Shown here: positions 1 to 9,383 of the stretch, piece after piece
How positions within the stretch are numbered: position 1 is the first letter of the stretch
Layout: every line of letters starts with the position of its first letter
Origin: Pseudomonadota bacterium
Lineage (GTDB): Bacteria; Pseudomonadota; Alphaproteobacteria; Rickettsiales; Midichloriaceae
NCBI GenBank assembly: GCA_031424915.1
Contig: JANPII010000162.1
Coordinates: 1 to 34,970 of the forward strand
Length of the DNA: 34,970 nt
Direction: 5' to 3'
Notes under the pieces: generated by a model
Database searches by the model: none
Told to the model about the DNA's origin: nothing
The model's input: the letters and a program-made list of their open reading frames with translations, nothing else
Program-made: the position numbers and the translations under genes

Positions 1-1208
1 TCAGTTAAGATTTTCACAAAGCCTGCAGTTTCGCCCGTAGCCTTGGCGCGGCTATTGGCCAAAAATGGGAACTTGCCTATGCGGTACTCGATACCTGCTG
101 TTTTAAGCTCCTGCTCTGTTTTGCCCACTCCTGCAATCTCGGGATAGGTATATACCACCCCTGCTATGGTATCATAATTAACATGGGGATGTTGTCCTGC
201 TATTAGCTCAACTACAGCAATGCCTTCTTCCTCCGCCTTGTGAGCTAGCATTGGGCCAGCTATGACATCTCCTACAGCATATACATTAGGTGCCGATGTT
301 ACAAACTGGGAATTAACCGGGATACGCCCACGCTCATCTAAGGTAATTCCTACTTTCTCCAAGCCTAAACCTTGGGTATAGGGACGACGACCAACTGCAA
401 CTAGTACTACATCTGTAGTTAGGCTTTCTTTGTTACCGCTTGCTAAGTCTCGCACTTCTAAAGCCACGGATTTAGCTCCTGCTTTGGCGCTGAGCACTTT
501 AGCAGAAAGCTTGAAGCGCACTCCTTCTTTTTCCATAATTTTACGTATCTCATTAGAGAGATCCTGGTCCATAGTAGAAATAAGGCGATCTGCATACTCT
601 ATCACTGTTACTTCAGCACCTAAATTTGACCACACCTGTCCTAATTCTAGGCCGATCACACCACCGCCAATTACTATCATTTTATTCGGTACTTTACTTA
701 AAGATAAAGCGCCGGTAGAAGAGACAATGCGTTGCTCATCAATTTCTATGCCGGGCAGGGGAGTCACTTCCGAGCCAGTGGCGATGATAATATGGTGGGC
801 TGTAATTACCTGGCTTTCGTTTGTAGGTGAATCTACTTGCACCTTGTTATCACCCAGTAAATGGCCGTTACCCACTAGATATTCTATTTTGTTTTTCTTC
901 ATTAATCCTTCGATGCCACGGCATAGGTCATTTACTACCTTTTCTTTTCGTGCCATCATCTTATCTAAAGCTAGCTTCACTCCGCTAACCATCACGCCAT
1001 GCTCTTCTAAGTGCAGCCTAGTGTCTGCATATTTTTGTGCGGAGTATAGTAGAGCTTTTGAGGGAATGCACCCTACGTTTAAACAGGTGCCCCCTAAGGT
1101 GCTTCGCTTTTCTATGCATGCCACTTTCATACCTAGCTGAGCTGCCTTAATTGCTGCCACATAGCCAGCCGGGCCACCACCAATCACCACCACATCAAAT
1201 TGAGCCAT
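1..1208 (-). CDS. lpdA: dihydrolipoyl dehydrogenase (E3 component); 3' end runs off the window
   Basis: Minus-strand translation from the ATG at 1206-1208 reads MAQFDVVVIGGGPAGYVAAIKAAQLGMKVACIEKRSTLGGTCLNVGCIPSKALL, which has the FAD GxGxxG fold plus the redox-active CLNVGC motif. A second dinucleotide fold (MIVIGGGVIGLELGQVWSNLGAEVTVI) lies around 600-700. GFVKIL lies near position 1. The frame stays open to the window edge, which is why it is absent from the ORF track. It sits downstream of sucAB. Confidence 0.9.
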   Translation of the reverse strand, partial: MAQFDVVVIGGGPAGYVAAIKAAQLGMKVACIEKRSTLGGTCLNVGCIPSKALLYSAQKYADTRLHLEEHGVMVSGVKLALDKMMARKEKVVNDLCRGIEGLMKKNKIEYLVGNGHLLGDNKVQVDSPTNESQVITAHHIIIATGSEVTPLPGIEIDEQRIVSSTGALSLSKVPNKMIVIGGGVIGLELGQVWSNLGAEVTVIEYADRLISTMDQDLSNEIRKIMEKEGVRFKLSAKVLSAKAGAKSVALEVRDLASGNKESLTTDVVLVAVGRRPYTQGLGLEKVGITLDERGRIPVNSQFVTSAPNVYAVGDVIAGPMLAHKAEEEGIAVVELIAGQHPHVNYDTIAGVVYTYPEIAGVGKTEQELKTAGIEYRIGKFPFLANSRAKATGETAGFVKILT

Positions 1209-1608
1209 CTTGGACCTCCTCTTGTATAATCTTAGTTTTACGGAATAATTTACGCATATGGCACTCGTTACACTCCCACTCTATAGCAGTACGATAGCGC
1301 CTAAATATTTTATTACCTACTCTAAGTGGTGCTGTCACCACTCCTTCTGACACCTGAATTTCACCAATTGGCCTAAAACACCAAAAGCACTTGCAGGATC
1401 GGCAGTAGCTTATCCATCTCCACATCAAGAAAACGCAAGCAGCTGCAGCAATAGGAAGGGATAGCTCCCACTTCCAAAAATCCCAGGTTTTTACCCACTC
1501 GTAATCCTGCACAGCCCACCACGTTAAAGCAGGCAAGGCTATAGCTACAAAAATAGATATAGCTAAAGCTTTATTCAGTGCAACTTGCTTTAAATCTTGA
1601 CTGGTCAC
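1195..1608 (-). CDS. hypothetical small membrane protein with a C-terminal Cys cluster (CxxCxCxxC-N35-CxxCH)
   Basis: 137-codon ORF with a GTG start at 1606-1608, preceded by a GGA Shine-Dalgarno-like sequence 5 nt upstream. It begins 6 nt after the sucB stop and overlaps the lpdA start by 14 nt. It has two Trp-rich hydrophobic segments, then YCRSCKCFWC...ECNECH. I recognise no family. Confidence 0.5.
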   Translation of the reverse strand: MTSQDLKQVALNKALAISIFVAIALPALTWWAVQDYEWVKTWDFWKWELSLPIAAAACVFLMWRWISYCRSCKCFWCFRPIGEIQVSEGVVTAPLRVGNKIFRRYRTAIEWECNECHMRKLFRKTKIIQEEVQDGSI

Positions 1609-1614
1609 TTTATC

Positions 1615-2763
1615 CTACAAACCAAATAGCATTTTCTCAGGGTTTTCTATCATCTCCTTAATCATCACTAAGAATGTTACAGCTTCTTTGCCATCAATGA
1701 TACGGTGATCATAAGACAAGGCAATATACATCATAGGCCTGATTACAACCTGGCCATTAATAGCTACGGGACGTTGCACAATATTATGCATACCCAATAT
1801 GCCAGATTGTGGCGGGTTGATAATTGGGGTGGAGAGTAAAGAGCCATAGGTTCCACCATTAGTAATGCTGAATGTACCACCACTCATCTCTGCCATGGAG
1901 ATTTTGCCCTCACGCGCACGTTTACCAAAATCTGCTATGCCCTTTTCGACTTCCGCAAATGACAGTTGATCAGCATTACGTAGTACTGGAACGACTAGCC
2001 CCTGCTCAGTACCCACTGCAACGCCAATGTCATAATGGTTTTTATAGATAATCTCATCACCTGCAATTTCTGCATTTACTGCAGGTAGCCCCTTTAAAGC
2101 TGCAACGGCGGCCTTGATAAAGAAGCTCATGAATCCAAGCTTAAGCCCATATTTTTCCACAAAACGATCTTGGTAATCTTTACGTATACGCATCACTTCA
2201 TGCATATCTACTTCATTGAAAGTAGTAAGAATAGCGGCAGTGTTTTGCGACTCCTTAAGGCGGCGTGCAATAGTCTGACGCAGTTTGCTCATGCGTACTC
2301 TTTCTTCAAGAGGTTTAGATGACACGCTAGCAGTGCTTCCTGCTACTACATTTAAAACATCTTCCTTGGTCACACGCCCATCTTTGCCACTGCCTGCAAC
2401 GCTTGTGGTATCAACCTTATTTTCTGCAGCAATTTTAGTTGCAGCTGGTGAAGCCACAGCAGTGATAGTAGGAGCAGGTTTAGCGGCTGGAGCAGTTGTG
2501 GCTTTAGGGGCTGGCGAGGCTATTGCCTTTTCGTCTATTTGAGCTAAGGGGGCGCCTACGCCTACTGTTGCCCCATCAGGGGCTGTAATCTCAATCACCA
2601 CACCATTTGTTGGCGCATTGACCTCAAGTGTAACTTTATCTGTTTCTATTTCCACCAGCAGCTCGTCGGTACGTACTGAATCGCCAACCTTCTTATGCCA
2701 TTTTGCTATTGTCGCTTCGGTTACTGAATCTCCCAATGGTGGGACCACAACTTTTACTGCCAT
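1615..2763 (-). CDS. sucB: 2-oxoglutarate dehydrogenase E2, dihydrolipoyllysine-residue succinyltransferase
   Basis: N-terminal lipoyl domain with the [11 protein letters not shown] lipoyl-lysine motif, an Ala/Pro-rich linker, and a C-terminal acyltransferase core with the SYDHRIIDG catalytic motif. It lies 28 nt downstream of sucA. Confidence 0.95.
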   Translation of the reverse strand: MAVKVVVPPLGDSVTEATIAKWHKKVGDSVRTDELLVEIETDKVTLEVNAPTNGVVIEITAPDGATVGVGAPLAQIDEKAIASPAPKATTAPAAKPAPTITAVASPAATKIAAENKVDTTSVAGSGKDGRVTKEDVLNVVAGSTASVSSKPLEERVRMSKLRQTIARRLKESQNTAAILTTFNEVDMHEVMRIRKDYQDRFVEKYGLKLGFMSFFIKAAVAALKGLPAVNAEIAGDEIIYKNHYDIGVAVGTEQGLVVPVLRNADQLSFAEVEKGIADFGKRAREGKISMAEMSGGTFSITNGGTYGSLLSTPIINPPQSGILGMHNIVQRPVAINGQVVIRPMMYIALSYDHRIIDGKEAVTFLVMIKEMIENPEKMLFGL

Positions 2764-2791
2764 AAATACCTCTTTTTATTGTACTTTGTTA

Positions 2792-5635
2792 TTATTTTCC
2801 CAGCGCTTCCTCTAGGAATTTCTGTAGTTCAATGGTATGCAACTTCATATAGCCTACTGCTGGTGATGCAGATTCTGCTCGGCCCGCATACCGTACCTCA
2901 GTATTGCCATAATTCATTTGGCGCAACAATTTAACTATGTGACGTTCAACAAAGTGGTAAGCGCCCATATTTTCATGTTCTTCTTGGCACCATACTATCT
3001 CAGCTTCTTTATATTTAGCAAGCTCTGCTTGTAGTTCTGCTGCGGGGAATGGATACAATTGTTCTAAACGCAAGATAGCTACATCCTGGCGCGCACCTCG
3101 GGCCTCAAATAGGTCATAATAAACACGGCCGCTACATAATACTACTCTGCCGACTTTAGCTGGTTTAATACCTGCGTCCTGCTCCCTAATGACTGGCAAG
3201 AAACTGGTACCTTCGGCCATATCTTCAAGCTTAGACACTGCAAGCTTATGGCGTAGCAATGACTTGGGTGTCATCACTATCAAAGGCTTACGGAAGTTAC
3301 GGTGCAGCTGGCGACGTAAGACATGGAAGAAAGAGGCGGGGGTACTGCAGTTCACTACTTGCATATTATCATCAGCGCAAAGCTGTAAGAAACGTTCCGG
3401 GCGTGCAGAACTGTGTTCTGGGCCGTTGCCTTCGTACCCGTGTGGCAGCAAGAGCACTAGTCCGCTCATACGCAACCATTTTGCCTCACCTGAGGAGATA
3501 TATTGATCAATCACCACCTGGGCACCATTGGCGAAATCACCAAACTGAGCTTCCCATATAGTCAATGTATTGGGATCAGCGATACTATAACCATACTCAA
3601 AACTCATAACAGCGAACTCGGAAAGATTACTATTATGAATTTCCAAGAATGCTTTTTGTGCTGGGTCGAGATTATTCAGGGGAATATGTTTATCTTCTGT
3701 TTTCTGATCACACAATACAGCATGGCGATGTGAGAAAGTACCACGCTCACAGTCTTGGCCAGTCATACGTACTGCATATCCTTCAAGTAATAAGCTACCG
3801 TAGGCAAGTGCCTCCCCGGTGCCCCATTCTAGGTTTTGCCTTGTCTCAATAGTTTCCAGCTTACCCTGCAGTTGCTTGGCTATTTTCATATTGATATTGA
3901 AGCTAGGTGGCGTTTCACACAGCTTGCGGCCAATCTTACGCAACGTTTCCAATGGAACGCCAGTTACTGCGTTGCTCTTTTCATTACGAGCATCACGCAT
4001 ACTAGACCAATTCCCAGATAGCCAATCTGCTTGTTGCGGTTTATAGCTTTGGGCAATTTGAAACTCCTTCTCCAAATGCTCTTTAAACTTTGCCTTATAT
4101 GCATTGTAGTCTTCTTCGACAATCACACCTGCAGCTATCAACTTTTGTGCATAGACGTAATCGGGAGTAAGGTGTTGAGTAATAGATTGGTACATCAAGG
4201 GCTGAGTAAACATTGGTTCATCGCCTTCATTATGTCCATATTTACGATAACACACCACATCTAGAACTATGTCTTTCTTGAAGATAGCCCGATATTCCGC
4301 CGCTAACCGACTGGCAAATATTACAGCATCGATATCCTCTCCACTAACGTGTAGCACTGGTGCGCTAATTGCTTTAGCTACATCTGTACAATAGCGCGAA
4401 GAACGTGCATCAACCACATCAGTGGTAAATCCAATCTGGTTATTAACCACCACATGTATGGTGCCTCCAACATGATAGCCCTTCAAGCCGCTTAAGTATA
4501 GGGACTCAGCTACAGTGCCCTGGCCGGCAAACGCTGCATCTCCATGAATTAGAAGGGCTAGGACCTGCTTTCGATCTATATCATGGCGTCTATCTTGCTT
4601 AGCTCGTACTTTGCCCAACACTACAGAATTAACAACTTCCAGATGGGATGGATTAGGTGTAAGCGATAGATGCACCTTGTGGCCTTCCACCTCCACATCA
4701 GACGAAATACCTAAGTGATATTTCACGTCTCCAGGCATGCCCATATTATCTGGAAAAGCCAGCTCTCCTTTGAACTCCGAAAACATTGCATGGTAGGGCT
4801 TTCGCATGACCTTAGTTAAAGTGTTTAGACGGCCACGGTGTGCCATACCGAGAATTACTTCCCGCACATCATGTTGCACAGCATGTCGGATGACTGCCTC
4901 TACTGCTAATAGTGAGGCCTCTCCACCTTCTGCTGAAAAACGCTTGGTGCCGGGGAATTTAGTATGTGCAAAGCTTTCAAATGATTCCACCTCAATCAAA
5001 TCAAATAAAGCCTGCTTTTTTTCTTCAGGGGTTAACTCAAAATTACCACCTGCATCTTCAATTTTGGATTGTATCCAAGTACGTTCTTGCTCACTTTCAA
5101 TATGCATAAATTCAAAGCCAATCCGAGAAGCGTAAGTCTGCTGTAAGGTGCCTATAACTTGACGTAAAGTGGCACGCTCCATTCCTAGTGCGCCATCCAG
5201 CTGTGCTTCTTGATCTAAATCAGCATCAGATAGGTTATAATTCTCAGGATGAAGAGAAGAAAAGTATTGAGGTTTATTTAGCCCTAGGGGGTCATATTGT
5301 ATCTCAATATGACCATAATTACGGTAGGCGTCTACCAACTGCATCGCTGCTAAACTACGATGCAATAGTGCAGGAGAGGTAGCTTCGGTTGATTTTTCTT
5401 TAACCTTTGCTGCCTTCTCTTCTTTGCTAGCATACCCCACAAGGCGGTTTGTGTTAGGATGCCATGACGCTGCATGAAATGCACGCCTAACGTCTTGGGG
5501 ATTCTCATCGAGGCTTTTAAAGTAGCTCTGCCATTGAATATCAACAGACTGGGGGTCACTAAGATAGCGCTGGTAAAGCTCCTCGATAAAAACGGCATTA
5601 CCAATGAATAAATGAGTATCTGGTAAATTAGACAT
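2792..5635 (-). CDS. sucA: 2-oxoglutarate dehydrogenase E1 component
   Basis: 947 aa. The N-terminus FIEELYQRYLSDPQSVDIQWQSYF and the ThDP-binding region (LLIHGDAAFAGQG, NNQIGFTT, RKYGHNEGDEP) are typical of SucA. It is followed by sucB. Confidence 0.95.
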   Translation of the reverse strand: MSNLPDTHLFIGNAVFIEELYQRYLSDPQSVDIQWQSYFKSLDENPQDVRRAFHAASWHPNTNRLVGYASKEEKAAKVKEKSTEATSPALLHRSLAAMQLVDAYRNYGHIEIQYDPLGLNKPQYFSSLHPENYNLSDADLDQEAQLDGALGMERATLRQVIGTLQQTYASRIGFEFMHIESEQERTWIQSKIEDAGGNFELTPEEKKQALFDLIEVESFESFAHTKFPGTKRFSAEGGEASLLAVEAVIRHAVQHDVREVILGMAHRGRLNTLTKVMRKPYHAMFSEFKGELAFPDNMGMPGDVKYHLGISSDVEVEGHKVHLSLTPNPSHLEVVNSVVLGKVRAKQDRRHDIDRKQVLALLIHGDAAFAGQGTVAESLYLSGLKGYHVGGTIHVVVNNQIGFTTDVVDARSSRYCTDVAKAISAPVLHVSGEDIDAVIFASRLAAEYRAIFKKDIVLDVVCYRKYGHNEGDEPMFTQPLMYQSITQHLTPDYVYAQKLIAAGVIVEEDYNAYKAKFKEHLEKEFQIAQSYKPQQADWLSGNWSSMRDARNEKSNAVTGVPLETLRKIGRKLCETPPSFNINMKIAKQLQGKLETIETRQNLEWGTGEALAYGSLLLEGYAVRMTGQDCERGTFSHRHAVLCDQKTEDKHIPLNNLDPAQKAFLEIHNSNLSEFAVMSFEYGYSIADPNTLTIWEAQFGDFANGAQVVIDQYISSGEAKWLRMSGLVLLLPHGYEGNGPEHSSARPERFLQLCADDNMQVVNCSTPASFFHVLRRQLHRNFRKPLIVMTPKSLLRHKLAVSKLEDMAEGTSFLPVIREQDAGIKPAKVGRVVLCSGRVYYDLFEARGARQDVAILRLEQLYPFPAAELQAELAKYKEAEIVWCQEEHENMGAYHFVERHIVKLLRQMNYGNTEVRYAGRAESASPAVGYMKLHTIELQKFLEEALGK

Positions 5636-5798
5636 ATCGCTTTATATCACCTCAATAACGAGTTAGTGTTCTTGACCGCATTATTAGCAGAATTATTGCT
5701 TTTCGTAAAGAAGATTTTTCAGCATAATGCTATAGAAATGCTTACTGTTGAATTGGCTTGTGCGTATCAGTATAATGTGGGCAAGTGGGGTTCCTATG

Positions 5799-7562
5799 TT
5801 AAGAATGTTCTAGAACCGCCTGAGCCAGCATATTACATGCACAGGTAATGACTCCAATGCTTACTGTCACAATAGCTATTGTTATATCGGCAGATATGGC
5901 TGCTTCTATCAAGCATGGTTCTATAAATGTAAAGCCCGCATACGCAAGAGCAGCTATACTACTTGCTTCTGCAATTAAGGTCACTGCTCCAACCCAAGGT
6001 TTCTTTTGAGTTATGCCAAAGAATGCAGCGTTACTTATAGCAAAGATGCCTCCACTGAGCATAGTAGCATAAAGCGGGGTAATTGCGGGGATTAGCCCTA
6101 GTGCTGAAGGAATAATAATACTAGCAGCTAGTACTGAGCTACATAGCTGGATAAAGGCACAGACATTAAGATTGCTGTTACTTAGTGAAGGAGGGGGCGG
6201 CTTAGGCTGAGAGGTGCTGCTTACTTCCTCATTATGGTTTGCTGAGGTGCTATTTACATCACTATCCGGAGTAACAGTTTGAGGGATTGGAGGTTTATCT
6301 GGAGCTTTGTTTGTCGGTACAGTGTCATTTAAGGTGGTTGCGCTATTTTGTTCTTTAGGTAGCACATTATCTTTAATTTCATTAGATGCATCATCTAGAG
6401 GGGTGAATTCCTGCTCCCCAATAACTGGCTCATAAAATATTTCGTAAATTGACTTCTTTATTACTGGGTCCTTAATTGCATTAATCCAGTCTTCTAGGTT
6501 TGTGCTATCTATATTATTTTTAATTGTATATACTGCGTGGCCTAACTGCTCCCACATACGTTTGGCCATCTCAACATTGCCCTGCTGAATCACCAGCTGT
6601 GCTAAAGGGGTGCAATCACTAACAAAAGAATAAATACACATCAAAAAATGAGAATCTTCTGCAAAATCGTGATCAATAACATCCAAAAGGCGTATAAAAG
6701 ATTGGAATTTTTTCCATTTAATTGCATAACATAAAATAGAGTGGTTAGCTATATCTCTCCAATAGAATGCCTCTTGCAGTTTATATTTAGGCAAAATTTT
6801 AGCAATGTGGCTTATTATATCAAGGCGTTCATGTTGCACAGCTAAGCATAGTGTGGTATATCCTTTGTCGTCTTGCCAGTGTAATATGTAGGATGGATGC
6901 ACTTTTGTTGCACAGTTGATGAATTCTGATAAACCATTGTCTTGCAGTATAGAATTAAAAAGAGCAACTTTGTTTTGTTCTTCCTCTTCAAGCTGCTTTT
7001 TCTTTTCCTCTTCCTGCTCCTGCTTTAAACGAGCGTTATCCCGTATTCGCTGTTGCCTTTTGACGGCCCACTCTTTAGCCTTTTTAGCTTTTTCTTCTTC
7101 TGCTTTTTTTAACTTCTCTTCGCACTTATCTATTGCTTCTTCTATTAATTTTTTATTTTCTTCTGAATTAAATGTTACTGTTGTGAGATCAATTTTAATT
7201 AGACTTGGATGGTTCGGAGATAGGACATTAATTTGATTTGCGGCAATTTCATTTATTTCTCCCTGGATCTTTATAAAATTAACATCGCGTTTTGATGAAG
7301 GAGTGGGCTTCCACTTGTTGATCACGTGGTCAATCAATGAGTCCCAACCATTTTCAGAAAGTTTTGGGGAAATGAAGGTTAAAGTATCAGGAAATTTATA
7401 ACAGCCGAATTTATAACAGCGGTTTAGCTTAACAATATTGGTATCGCCGAAATTCTCCAATGGAGGTATTGGAATAATATTCTGCTCAAAAGAGTGCGAA
7501 GTAGCAGTGAGATTACTAATTCTCCATTCTTCTGTATTACAATCAATCTTTTGTGGTCTCAT
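5799..7562 (-). CDS. hypothetical modular protein: N-terminal domain, K/E-rich coiled coil, about 3 degenerate ankyrin-like repeats, Pro/Ser/Thr-rich linker, C-terminal block of about 4 membrane segments
   Basis: 587-aa ORF. It contains the coiled-coil stretch EKLKKAEEEKAKKAKEWAVKRQQRIRDNARLKQEQEEEKKKQLEEEEQNK. ANK-like units are KGYTTLCLAVQHERLDIISHIAKIL, NHSILCYAIKWKKFQSFIRLLDV and CTPLAQLVIQQGNVEMAKRMWEQL. The linker is KAPDKPPIPQTVTPDS...QPKPPPPS. The C-terminal roughly 125 aa are Ala/Gly/Ser/Ile-rich and hydrophobic. An AT-rich upstream region precedes the gene. Confidence 0.7.
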   Translation of the reverse strand: MRPQKIDCNTEEWRISNLTATSHSFEQNIIPIPPLENFGDTNIVKLNRCYKFGCYKFPDTLTFISPKLSENGWDSLIDHVINKWKPTPSSKRDVNFIKIQGEINEIAANQINVLSPNHPSLIKIDLTTVTFNSEENKKLIEEAIDKCEEKLKKAEEEKAKKAKEWAVKRQQRIRDNARLKQEQEEEKKKQLEEEEQNKVALFNSILQDNGLSEFINCATKVHPSYILHWQDDKGYTTLCLAVQHERLDIISHIAKILPKYKLQEAFYWRDIANHSILCYAIKWKKFQSFIRLLDVIDHDFAEDSHFLMCIYSFVSDCTPLAQLVIQQGNVEMAKRMWEQLGHAVYTIKNNIDSTNLEDWINAIKDPVIKKSIYEIFYEPVIGEQEFTPLDDASNEIKDNVLPKEQNSATTLNDTVPTNKAPDKPPIPQTVTPDSDVNSTSANHNEEVSSTSQPKPPPPSLSNSNLNVCAFIQLCSSVLAASIIIPSALGLIPAITPLYATMLSGGIFAISNAAFFGITQKKPWVGAVTLIAEASSIAALAYAGFTFIEPCLIEAAISADITIAIVTVSIGVITCACNMLAQAVLEHS

Positions 7563-7854
7563 TAGCTACATAAAATTATGGTTATACATTAGCAAGTGCT
7601 ATGTAGCACGCAATTTACTATAAAATAAGGGATAGTCAACTGAAAATGCATAAAGATAGAAAATTTAAATTATTAACTAACACCAAGTCTAGGAAATAAG
7701 TGCACACTTGAAGCAAGAATTTTTGTGTAATTTTGGCCTATCCCTTGAGAGGCCTGTATTCAACATACTTGCGCGAAAATGGCAAAATTACCAAAAAGGC
7801 TTCAAGTGTATAGTTTTATCTCACATTTTGCTTTGTGGCATTTTGGTAAACCTG

Positions 7855-9051
7855 TTAATGGAATGCATTCTTAGAAACACGGTTAAGGGCAGCTTGAATC
7901 ATAGTAGCAGAGGGCTTGCTTACACCTGCCTTTTTTGCAAAATCCTCCCATTTTGTAATGGCATTTTTAACACCTTCAATGATTTGCATAGCTTTTTGTT
8001 TTTTAATGCTGCCAATTTCTGCAAGCTTTAAGAGATGAGAAAGTGTAGGATTTTTGCCTTCACCCATCACCATCGTACAGTGCTCACCGCTAAGTCCGGA
8101 TGAAAACGTTAGATCGTAAGCTGGTGAAATATGCCATATTCCTTTTTCATCCATTAAAAAAGAAAAGTTTTTGGCATGGTCATCGCGGTTATGACTTATA
8201 ACATTAAAGACAGCAGCTTTAAATTGTTTTTCACATTCTTGGCTATTTTTGGTAAGCCAAATGGTTGCCTTCATAATGGTTTCATAGTCAAGACTAGGAA
8301 TGCGATGGTCAACATGCAGCAAGCCACTTACTGTATGCATATGCAAGTGTTTACCATCCACGCGATCAAAACGCTTGACTCCAAAATATCCCTGTCCTTT
8401 TTGTGATGGAAATAATTTTGCTTTTGGAACGTCAAGATGAGCCTCTTTTGCCATCAAATGGTAAGCATATTCAATTGCTCCAATATCTTTTGGGTCTAGA
8501 GATGAGCGGAACTTAATTATCCAATCTTCTTTATCTATGTTGATGACAATTTTAGGACGTGCTCCAGCAGACGAGCCATTTATGGCTAGCAAATCATCCA
8601 CAAATCGGTCATCATCATTTTCCTGAAATTCTAGCACTTGATATGCAACTTCATCTAGATTGTCGTGTCGATGAGAGTGGATATCTTCTGATTCTGGTTC
8701 ATATGCTAAGGCCCCCATACCGCGACTTCCTACATAACGCAGGCGATCCAAAGGCGAAAGTGCTTGTGCGTTAATACCCATATTTATTAACTTACGATCT
8801 AATAGCAGCCTTCCCCAGCCATCGGGTAAGCTATCATTAAAAACACCAAATAATCCTTCAAATAGCTTATCTTCACATGCAGTGACTCCAGGTTTTAAGG
8901 GAAGCTTTAATTGAGATAAATCTAGGCCTGTTTTCATAAACTCAGGTGCATACTCAAAAAATATTTTCCGGTCTTTCAGAGCAAGCCGCCCCATGGACAG
9001 CCTTTCTGATCCTCGGATAAAAGAAACATGAATAATATTTTGAAAAATCAT
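7855..9051 (-). CDS. hipA: HipA-family serine/threonine kinase toxin (type II toxin-antitoxin)
   Basis: 398 aa. The N-terminal HipA coupling domain is present (FGVFNDSLPDGWGRLLLDRKL). A P-loop-like GSSAGARPK is present. The catalytic-loop motif is SHNRDDHAKNFSF. Its ATG overlaps the stop of the upstream HTH gene (ATGA, 9048-9051). Confidence 0.85.
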   Translation of the reverse strand: MIFQNIIHVSFIRGSERLSMGRLALKDRKIFFEYAPEFMKTGLDLSQLKLPLKPGVTACEDKLFEGLFGVFNDSLPDGWGRLLLDRKLINMGINAQALSPLDRLRYVGSRGMGALAYEPESEDIHSHRHDNLDEVAYQVLEFQENDDDRFVDDLLAINGSSAGARPKIVINIDKEDWIIKFRSSLDPKDIGAIEYAYHLMAKEAHLDVPKAKLFPSQKGQGYFGVKRFDRVDGKHLHMHTVSGLLHVDHRIPSLDYETIMKATIWLTKNSQECEKQFKAAVFNVISHNRDDHAKNFSFLMDEKGIWHISPAYDLTFSSGLSGEHCTMVMGEGKNPTLSHLLKLAEIGSIKKQKAMQIIEGVKNAITKWEDFAKKAGVSKPSATMIQAALNRVSKNAFH

Positions 9052-9332
9052 TTACGCCCTCGTTTACGTGTTTTATCTGCAAGCAATTCATCAAGCGATG
9101 CTAGATTCTCTGAAGGTTTAAATAGGGTTTTAAATTCTTCAAGCGAATTTAATACTAAAGCTAGTTTTTAGAGAGACTCAAGTGAGACTTTGCCTGTTCG
9201 TTCAAACTTTTTAAGCACTCCAAAACTTACCCCGGAGCGTTCTGATAAGGTTTTTTGACCAAGGTTTACAGCAAGCCTTTTTGCTTGCATTTGGTGTGCA
9301 ATATATTTTGAAACTTCACGGGGCGTCATCAT
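9048..9332 (-). pseudogene. hipB: hipB-like XRE-family HTH antitoxin interrupted by an in-frame TAA
   Basis: The minus strand reads (M)MTPREVSKYIAHQMQAKRLAVNLGQKTLSERSGVSFGVLKKFERTGKVSLESL*KLALVLNSLEEFKTLFKPSENLASLDELLADKTRKRGRK*. The TAA at 9168-9170 sits where XRE proteins usually have Leu (TTA). The same frame continues to a TGA that overlaps the hipA ATG. Confidence 0.65.
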
Positions 9333-9383
9333 AAATAAAGATATTATGATATCTCTTATACTAAGTTATGCTATATATTAGTT

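Noticed and set aside
430-1140. 236-aa plus-strand ORF from the track
   Set aside because: It lies entirely antisense to lpdA, whose minus-strand translation shows unmistakable FAD/NAD and CLNVGC motifs. Its sequence is low-complexity and Ser/Pro/Thr-rich, as is typical of antisense frames.
2285-5604. Many 60-110-aa ORFs inside sucB and sucA, on either strand
   Set aside because: All are nested within or antisense to the well-supported sucA and sucB reading frames. None has its own start context or a recognisable sequence.
6940-7170. Purine/pyrimidine-skewed, repetitive-looking DNA (ttcttcctcttc..., cttttt... runs)
   Set aside because: It is the coding sequence for the K/E-rich coiled coil of the 587-aa protein on the minus strand. 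There is no exact tandem unit. It is low-complexity coding sequence rather than a DNA repeat.
7734-7753. ggcct-N10-aggcc stem-loop downstream of hipA, considered as a terminator
   Set aside because: The stem is only 5 bp, and on the hipA (minus) strand it is followed by an A-rich tract rather than a U-rich one. Support for a terminator call is too weak.
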